NCBI GenBank assembly: GCA_012295275.1
Contig: SMMR01000019.1
Location: forward strand, 1-15,916
Direction of reading: 5' to 3'
DNA length: 15,916 nt
DNA from: Chrysomallon squamiferum
Taxonomy: Eukaryota > Animalia > Mollusca
The position numbers and the translations under genes were made by a program. This document shows, one piece after another, positions 1 through 8,500 of the stretch (position 1 is the stretch's first letter; every line of letters begins with the position of its first letter). Below the pieces are notes generated by a model, which did no database searches, was not told the DNA's origin, and saw only the letters and a list, made by a program, of their open reading frames with translations.

Positions 1-2251
1 AAAGGTGCTGCACCTTTAGAAAATGCGTTTGAAAAAAACGAGCAAATTTTCAAAAAATATGTGTTTTTTTGTGCACGTGTCGGAAACGAGTTGTTCCCCT
101 TGGGTGGGGCGTGCGGCACTTTTTTCACCCGTAGGGCAACCCTTGCCCCACTTTTGGGTATGTGCGCCCGATTTTTCCCACGTGCACAGAAAAAAAGTTA
201 TTGCACTTTGAAAAAAAGGTACCCCTAGCATTTTCAACGAAACTTGAAAAATTCGATTTTCAAAAGTTGAAAATCCGTGTGGCACTATTCCGTGCGGTCG
301 GGAAAAATATTTCAACGTGCAAAAAGGTGCGCGCCGTCGGGGCGAGTGTGGTTCGTTTCCAACATTTTCCAAAGGTGCTGCACCTTTAGAAAATGCGTTT
401 GAAAAAAAAACGAGCAAATTTTCAAAAAAAATATGTGTTTTTTTTGTGCACGTGTCGGAAACGAGTTGTTCCCCCTTGGGTGGGGCGTGCGGCACTTTTC
501 ACCCGTGTAGGGCAACCCTTGCCCCACTTTTTTTGGGTATGTGCGCCCGATTTTTCCCACGTGCACAGAAAAAGTTATTGCACTTTGAAAAAGGTACCCT
601 AGCATTTTCAACGAAACTTGAAAAAATTCGATTTTCAAAAGTTGAAAATCCGTGTGGCACTATTCCGTGCGGTCGGGAAAAATATTTCAACGTGTGCAAA
701 AAAGGTGCGCGCCGTCGGGGCGAGTGTGGCAAAATCGTTTCCAACATTTTCCAAAGGTGCTGCACCTTTAGAAAATGCGTTTGAAAAAAAAAACGAGCAA
801 ATTTTCAAAAATATGTGCGTTTTTTGTGCACGTGTCGGAAACGAGTTGTTCCCCTTGGGTGGGGCGTGCGGCACTTTTCACCCGTGTAGGGCAACCTTTG
901 CCCCCTTTTTTGGGTATGTGCGCCCGATTTTTTTCCCACGTGCACAGAAAAAGTTATTGCACTTTGAAAAAAGGTACCCCTAGCATTTTCAACGAAACTT
1001 GAAAAAATTCGATTTTCAAAAGTTGAAAATCCGTGTGGCACTATTCCGTGCGGTCGGGAAAAATATTTCAACGTGTGCAAAAGGTGCGCGCCGTCGGGGC
1101 GAGTGTGGCAAAATCGTTTCCAACATTTTCCAAAGGTGCTGCACCTTTAGAAAATGCGTTTGAAAAAAAAACGAGCAAATTTTCAAAAATATGTGCGTTT
1201 TTTGTGCACGTGTCGGAAACGAGTTGTTCCCCTTGGGTGGGGCGTGCGGCACTTTTCACCCGTGTAGGGCAACCCTTGCCCCACTTTTGGGTATGTGCGC
1301 CCGATTTTTCCCACGTGCACAGAAAAAGTTATTGCACTTTGAAAAAGGTACCCCTAGCATTTTCAACGAAACTTGAAAAAATTCGATTTTCAAAAGTTGA
1401 AAATCCGTGTGGCACTATTCCGTGCGGTCGGGAAAAATATTTCAACGTGTGCAAAAAAAGGTGCGCGCCGTCGGGGCGAGTGTGGCAAAATCGTTTCCAA
1501 CATTTTCCAAAGGTGCTGCACCTTTAGAAAATGCGTTGAAAAAAAAAAACGAGCAAATTTTCAAAAAAAATATGTGTTTTTTTGTGCACGTGTCGGAAAC
1601 GAGTTGTTCCCCTTGGGTGGGGCGTGCGGCACTTTTCACCCGTGTAGGGCAACCCTTGCCCCACTTTTGGGTATGTGCGCCCGATTTTCCCCCGTGCACA
1701 AAAAGTTATTGCACTTTGAAAAAGGTACCCCTAGCATTTTCAACGAAACTTGAAAAAATTCGATTTTCAAAAGTTGAAAATCCGTGTGGCACTATTCCGT
1801 GCGGTCGGGAAAAATATTTCAACGTGTGCAAAAGGTGCGCGCCGTCGGGGCGAGTGTGGCAAAAAAATCGTTTCCAACATTTTCCAAAGGTGCTGCACCT
1901 TTAGAAAATGCGTTTGAAAAAAAAACGAGCAAATTTTCAAAAATATGTGCGTTTTTTGTGCACGTGTCGGAAACGAGTTGTTCCCCTTGGGTGGGGCGTG
2001 CGGCACTTTTCACCCGTGTAGGGCAACCCTTGCCCCACTTTTGGGTATGTGCGCCCGATTTTTCCCACGTGCACAGAAAAAGTTATTGCACTTTGAAAAA
2101 GGTACCCCTAGCATTTTCAACGAAACTTGAAAAAATTCGATTTTCAAAAGTTGAAAATCCGTGTGGCACTATTCCGTGCGGTCGGGAAAAATATTTCAAC
2201 GTGTGCAAAAGGTGCGCGCCGTCGGGGCGAGTGTGGCAAAATCGTTTCCAA

Positions 2252-2284
2252 CATTTTCCAAAGGTGCTGCACCTTTAGAAAATG
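2252..2284. repeat. 33-bp near-perfect palindrome (once per monomer)
   Basis: CATTTTC-C-AAAGGTGC-T-GCACCTTT-A-GAAAATG: 15 of 16 arm positions are complementary around a central T at 2268. Confidence 0.95.
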
Positions 2285-2286
2285 CG

Positions 2287-2315
2287 TTTGAAAAAAAAAC
2301 GAGCAAATTTTCAAA
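2287..2315. repeat. Inverted repeat TTTGAAAA...TTTTCAAA around the most length-variable A tract
   Basis: TTTGAAAA (2287-2294) and TTTTCAAA (2308-2315). The A tract is A9 in modal copies and ranges from about 6 to 13 in others. Confidence 0.8.
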
Positions 2316-2325
2316 AATATGTGCG

Positions 2326-2454
2326 TTTTTTGTGCACGTGTCGGAAACGAGTTGTTCCCCTTGGGTGGGGCGTGCGGCACTTTTCACCCGTGTAGGGCAA
2401 CCCTTGCCCCACTTTTGGGTATGTGCGCCCGATTTTTCCCACGTGCACAGAAAA
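2326..2454. repeat. Inverted-repeat-bounded domain with nested hairpins (once per monomer)
   Basis: TTTTTTGTGCACGTG (2326-2340) pairs with CACGTGCACAGAAAA (2440-2454): 14 Watson-Crick pairs and one G:T. Inside are GGGTG...CACCC (2363-2389) and GGGCAA-CCC-TTGCCC (2395-2409). Confidence 0.9.
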
Positions 2455-2487
2455 AGTTATTGCACTTTGAAAAAGGTACCCCTAGCA

Positions 2488-2533
2488 TTTTCAACGAAAC
2501 TTGAAAAAATTCGATTTTCAAAAGTTGAAAATC
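2488..2533. repeat. Two adjacent dyads built from TTTTCAA/TTGAAAA (once per monomer)
   Basis: TTTTCAA-CGAAAC-TTGAAAA (2488-2507) and GATTTTCAA-AAG-TTGAAAATC (2513-2533, perfect 9-bp arms). Confidence 0.92.
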
Positions 2534-5500
2534 CGTGTGGCACTATTCCGTGCGGTCGAAAAAAAATATTTCAACGTGCAAAAAAGGTGCGCGCCGTCGG
2601 GGGGCGAGTGTGGCAAAATCGTTTCCAACATTTTCCAAAGGTGCTGCACCTTTAGAAAATGCGTTTGAAAAAAAACGAGCAATTTTCAAAAAAAATATGT
2701 GTTTTTTGTGCACGTGTCGGAAACGAGTTGTTCCCCTTGGGTGGGGCGTGCGGCACTTTTCACCCGTGTAGGGCAACCCTTGCCCCACTTTTGGGTATGT
2801 GCGCCCGATTTTTCCCACGTGCACAGAAAAAGTTATTGCACTTTGAAAAAGGTACCCCTAGCATTTTCAACGAAACTTGAAAAAATTCGATTTTCAAAAG
2901 TTGAAAATCCGTGTGGCACTATTCCGTGCGGTCGGGAAAAATATTTCAACGTGTGCAAAAGGTGCGCGCCGTCGGGGCGAGTGTGGCAAAATCGTTTCCA
3001 ACATTTTCCAAAGGTGCTGCACCTTTAGAAAATGCGTTTGAAAAAAAAAAAAACGAGCAAATCAAAAAAATATGTGTTTTTTTTTGTGCACGTGTCGGAA
3101 ACGAGTTGTTCCCCTTGGGTGGGGCGTGCGGCACTTTTCACCCGTGTAGGGCAACCCTGCCCCCCTTTTTTGGGTATGTGCGCCCGATTTTTTCCCACGT
3201 GCACAGAAAAAGTTATTGCACTTTGAAAAAGGTACCCCTAGCATTTTCAACGAAACTTGAAAAAATTCGATTTTCAAAAGTTGAAAATCCGTGTGGCACT
3301 ATTCCGTGCGGTCGGGAAAAATATTTCAACGTGTGCAAAAGGTGCGCGCCGTCGGGGGCGAGTGTGTGGCAAAAAATCGTTTCCAACATTTTCCAAAGGT
3401 GCTGCACCTTTAGAAAATGCGTTGAAAAAAAAAAACGAGCAAATTTTCAAAAAAAATATGTTTTTTTTTTTGTGCACGTGTCGGAAACGAGTTGTTCCCC
3501 TTGGGTGGGGCGTGCGGCACTTTTCACCCGTGTAGGGCAACCCTTGCCCCACTTTTGGGTATGTGCGCCCGATTTTTCCCACGTGCACAGAAAAAGTTAT
3601 TGCACTTTGAAAAAGGTACCCCTAGCATTTTCAACGAAACTTGAAAAAATTCGATTTTCAAAAGTTGAAAATCCGTGTGGCACTATTCCGTGCGGTCGGG
3701 AAAAATATTTCAACGTGCAAAAGGTGCGCGCCGTCGGGGGCGAGTGTGGCAAAATCGTTTCCAACATTTTCCAAAGGTGCTGCACCTTTAGATGCGTTTG
3801 AAAAAAAAAAAACGAGCAAATTCAAAAAAATATGTGCGTTTTTTTGTGCACGTGTCGGAAACGAGTTGTTCCCCTTGGGTGGGGCGTGCGGCACTTTTCA
3901 CCCGTGTAGGGCAACCCTTGCCCCACTTTTTTGGGTATGTGCGCCCGATTTTTTCCCACGTGCACAGAAAAGTTATTGCACTTTGAAAAGGTACCCCTAG
4001 CATTTTCAACGAAACTTGAAAAAATTCGATTTTCAAAAGTTGAAAATCCGTGTGGCACTATTCCGTGCGGTCGGGAAAAATATTTCAACGTGTGCAAAAG
4101 GTGCGCGCCGTCGGGGCGAGTGTGGCAAAATCGTTTCCAACATTTTCCAAAGGTGCTGCACCTTTAGAAAATGCGTTTGAAAAAAAAACGAGCAAATTTT
4201 CAAAAATATGTGCGTTTTTTGTGCACGTGTCGGAAACGAGTTGTTCCCCTTGGGTGGGGCGTGCGGCACTTTTCACCCGTGTAGGGCAACCCTTGCCCCA
4301 CTTTTGGGTATGTGCGCCCGATTTTTCCCACGTGCACAGAAAAAGTTATTGCACTTTGAAAAAAAGGTACCCCTAGCATTTTCAACGAAACTTGAAAAAA
4401 TTCGATTTTCAAAAGTTGAAAATCCGTGTGGCACTATTCCGTGCGGTCGGGAAAAATATTTCAACGTGTGCAAAAGGTGCGCGCCGTCGGGGCGAGTGTG
4501 GCAAAATCGTTTCCAACATTTTCCAAAGGTGCTGCACCTTTAGAAAATGCGTTTGAAAAAAAAAAAAACGAGCAAATTTCAAAAAAAATATGTGCGTTTT
4601 TTGTGCACGTGTCGGAAACGAGTTGTTCCCCTTGGGTGGGGCGTGCGGCACTTTTCACCCGTGTAGGGCAACCCTTGCCCCACTTTTGGGTATGTGCGCC
4701 CGATTTTTCCCACGTGCACAGAAAAAGTTATTGCACTTTGAAAAAGGTACCCCTAGCATTTTCAACGAATTTGAAAAAAAAATTCGATTTTCAAAAGTTG
4801 AAAATCCGTGTGGCACTATTCCGTGCGTCGGGGAAAAATATTTCAACGTGTGCAAAGGTGCGCGCGCGCCGTCGGGGGGCGAGTGTGGCAAAATCGTTTC
4901 CAACATTTTCCAAAGGTGCTGCACCTTTAGAAAAAAAAAAAAAAAAAAAAACGAGCAAATTTTCAAAAAATATGTGCGTTTTTTGTGCACGTGTCGGAAA
5001 CGAGTTGTTCCCCTTGGGTGGGGCGTGCGGCACTTTTCACCCGTGTAGGGCAACCCTTGCCCCACTTTTGGGTATGTGCGCCCGATTTTTCCCACGTGCA
5101 CAGAAAAAGTTATTGCACTTTGAAAAAGGTACCCCTAGCATTTTCAACGAAACTTGAAAAAATTCGATTTTCAAAAGTTGAAAATCCGTGGTGGCACTAT
5201 TCCGTGCGGTCGGGAAAAATATTTCAACGTGCAAAAGGTGCGCGCCGTCGGGGGCGAGTGTGGCAAAATCGTTTCCAACATTTTCCAAAGGTGCTGCACC
5301 TTTAGAAAATGCGTTTGAAAAAAAAAAACGAGCAAATTCAAAAAAAAAATATGTGCGTTTTTTTTTTTGTGCACGTGTCGGAAACGAGTTGTTCCCCTTT
5401 GGGTGGGGCGTGCGGCACTTTTCACCCGTGTAGGGCAACCCTTGCCCCTTTTTTTTGGGTATGTGCGCCCGATTTTTCCCACGTGCACAAAAAAGTTATT

Positions 5501-8500
5501 GCACTTTGAAAAAGGTACCCCTAGCATTTTCAACGAAACTTGAAAAAATTCGATTTTCAAAAGTTGAAAATCCGTGTGGCACTATTCCGTGCGGTCGGGA
5601 AAAATATTTCAACGTGTGCAAAAGGTGCGCGCCGTCGGGGCGAGTGTGGCAAAATCGTTTCCAACATTTTCCAAAGGTGCTGCACCTTTAGAAAATGCGT
5701 TTGAAAAAAAAACGAGCAAATTTTCAAAAATATGTGCGTTTTTTGTGCACGTGTCGGAAACGAGTTGTTCCCCTTGGGTGGGGCGTGCGGCACTTTTCAC
5801 CCGTGTAGGGCAACCCTTGCCCCACTTTTGGGTATGTGCGCCCGATTTTTCCCACGTGCACAGAAAAAGTTTATTGCACTTTGAAAAAGGTACCCCTAGC
5901 ATTTTCAACGAAACTTGAAAAAATTCGATTTTCAAAAGTTGAAAATCCGTGTGGCACTATTCCGTGCGGTCGGGAAAAAAATATTTCAACGTGTGCAAAG
6001 GTGCGCGCCGTCGGGGCGAGTGTGGCAAAATCGTTTCCAACATTTTCCAAAGGTGCTGCACCTTTAGAAAATGCGTTTGAAAAAAAAAACGAGCAAATTT
6101 TCAAAAAAAATATGTTTTTTTTTGTGCACGTGTCGGAAACGAGTTGTTCCCCTTGGGGGGGGGGCGTGCGGCACTTTTCACCCGTGTAGGGCAACCCTTG
6201 CCCCACTTTTGGGTATGTGCGCCCGATTTTTCCCACGTGCACAGAAAAAAAAGTTATTGCACTTTGAAAAGGTACCCTAGCATTTTCAACGAAACTTGAA
6301 AAAATTCGATTTTCAAAAGTTGAAAATCCGTGTGGCACTATTCCGTGCGGTCGGGAAAAATATTTCAACGTGTGCAAAAGGTGCGCGCCGTCGGGGCGAG
6401 TGTGGCAAAATCGTTTCCAACATTTTCCAAAGGTGCTGCACCTTTAGAAAAAAAAAAAAAAAAAACGAGCAAATTCAAAAAAAAAAAATATGTGCGTTTT
6501 TTTGTGCACGTGTCGGAAACGAGTTGTTCCCCTTTTGGGTGGGGCGTGCGGCACTTTTCACCCGTGTAGGGCAACCTTGCCTTTTTTTGGTATGTGCGCC
6601 CGATTTTTCCCACGTGCACAGAAAAAGTTATTGCACTTTGAAAAAGGTACCCCTAGCATTTTCAACGAAACTTGAAAAAATTCGATTTTCAAAAGTTGAA
6701 AATCCGTGTGGCACTATTCCGTGCGGTCGGGAAAAATATTTCAACGTGTGCAAAAGGTGCGCGCCGTCGGGGCGAGTGTGGCAAAATCGTTTCCAACATT
6801 TTCCAAAGGTGCTGCACCTTTAGAAAATGCGTTTGAAAAAAAAACGAGCAAATTTTCAAAAAAAATATGTGCGTTTTTTTTTGTGCACGTGTCGGAAACG
6901 AGTTGTCCCCTTGGGTGGGGTGGGGCTTTTGCGGCACTTTTCACCCGTGTAGGGCAACCCTTTGCCCCACTTTTTTTGGGTATGTGCGCCCGATTTTTCC
7001 CACGTGCACAGAAAAAAAGTTATTGCACTTTGAAAAAGGTACCCCTAGCATTTTCAACGAAACTTGAAAAAATTCGATTTTCAAAAGTTGAAAATCCGTG
7101 TGGCACTATTCCGTGCGGTCGGGAAAAATATTTCAACGTGCAAAAAAAGGTGCGCGCCGTCGGGGCGAGTGTGGCAAAATCGTTTCCAACATTTTCCAAA
7201 GGTGCTGCACCTTTAGAAAATGCGTTGAAAAAAAAAAAAAAACGAGCAAATTTTCAAAAAAAATGTGTTTTTTTTGTGCACGTGTCGGAAACGAGTTGTT
7301 CCCCTTGGTGGGGCGTGCGGCACTTTTCACCCGTGTAGGGCAACCCTTGCCCCACTTTTGGGTATGTGCGCCCGATTTTTCCCACGTGCACAGAAAAAGT
7401 TATTGCACTTTGAAAAAGGTACCCCTAGCATTTTCAACGAAACTTGAAAAAATTCGATTTTCAAAAGTTGAAAATCCGTGTGGCACTATTCCGTGCGGTC
7501 GGGAAAAATATTTCAACGTGCAAAAAAGGTGCGCGCCGTCGGGGCGAGTGTGGCAAAATCGTTTCCAACATTTTCCAAAGGTGCTGCACCTTTAGAAAAT
7601 GCGTTTGAAAAAAACGAGCAAATTCAAAAAAATATGTTTTTTTTTGTGCACGTGTCGGAAACGAGTTGTTCCCCCCTTGGGGGGGCGTGCGGCACTTTTC
7701 ACCCGTGTAGGGCAACCCTTGCCCCACTTTTGGGTATGTGCGCCCGATTTTTCCCACGTGCACAGAAAAAGTTATTGCACTTTGAAAAAGGTACCCCTAG
7801 CATTTTCAACGAAACTTGAAAAAATTCGATTTTCAAAAGTTGAAAAAAATCCGTGTGGCTATTATTCCGTGTCGGAAAAAAAATATATTTTCAACGTGTG
7901 CAAAAGGTGCGCGCCGTCGGGGCGAGTGTGGCAAAATCGTTTCCAACATTTTCCAAAGGTGCTGCACCTTTAGAAAATGCGTTTGAAAAAAAAAAAAAAC
8001 GAGCAAATTTTCAAAAATATGTGCGTTTTTTTGTGCACGTGTCGGAAACGAGTTGTTCCCCTTGGGTGGGGCGTGCGGCACTTTTCACCCGTGTAGGGCA
8101 ACCCTTGCCCCACTTTTGGGTATGTGCGCCCGATTTTTCCCACGTGCACAGAAAAAGTTATTGCACTTTGAAAAAGGTACCCCTAGCATTTTCAACGAAA
8201 CTTGAAAAAATTCGATTTTCAAAAGTTGAAAATCCGTGTGGCACTATTCCGTGCGGTCGGGAAAAATATTTCAACGTGTGCAAAAAAAGGTGCGCGCCGT
8301 CGGGGCGAGTGTGGCAAAATCGTTTCCAACATTTTCCAAAGGTGCTGCACCTTTAGAAAATGCGTTTGAAAAAAAAAAACGAGCAAATTTTCAAAAAAAT
8401 ATGTGTTTTTTTTGTGCACGTGTCGGAAACGAGTTGTTCCCCTTGGGTGGGGCGTGCGGCACTTTTTCACCCGTGTAGGGCAACCCTTGCCTTTTTTTTT

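Larger units (their letters stand above)
2161..2534. repeat. Reference (modal) monomer, 374 bp
   Basis: Starts GTGTGGCACTATTCC and the next copy begins at 2535. KpnI-to-KpnI units 973-1346 and 2101-2474 read as identical by eye. Hand count gives 170/374 G+C (~45%), 25 CpG and 9 TpA. Confidence 0.95.

Noticed and set aside
1-30. AGGTGCTG resembling a nanopore barcode flank (adapter concatemer)
   Set aside because: Only an 8-nt match, with no barcode or adapter following, and it forms one arm of an intrinsic palindrome.
2357-2440. G-quadruplex
   Set aside because: G and C runs exist on both strands, but the loops are mostly longer than 10 nt and the runs pair better as hairpins.
2201-2449. 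E-boxes (CACGTG x2) and metal-response-element matches (TGCRCNC x3)
   Set aside because: These short motifs are by-products of the GTGC/GCAC-rich vocabulary, with no gene context.
2187-2531. Kinetoplast-style bent DNA from helically phased A tracts
   Set aside because: A/T tracts are abundant but spacing is irregular, about 16-19 bp across 2433-2520, not a sustained 10-11 bp phase.
2161-2534. Hammerhead ribozyme (viroid-like or satellite-encoded)
   Set aside because: The consensus has no CTGA on either strand, so the CUGANGA core is absent. Other ribozyme classes need a covariance search.
2161-2534. 5S rRNA, tRNA or other Pol III gene repeat
   Set aside because: There is no recognisable 5S sequence, tRNA-sized cloverleaf or consensus B box. 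ATTCGATTT and the single-copy GGTTCGTTTCC are poor matches.
2501-2555. Sigma70 promoter from TTGAAA -35-like hexamers
   Set aside because: There is no TATAAT-like -10 at 16-18 bp spacing and no downstream gene.
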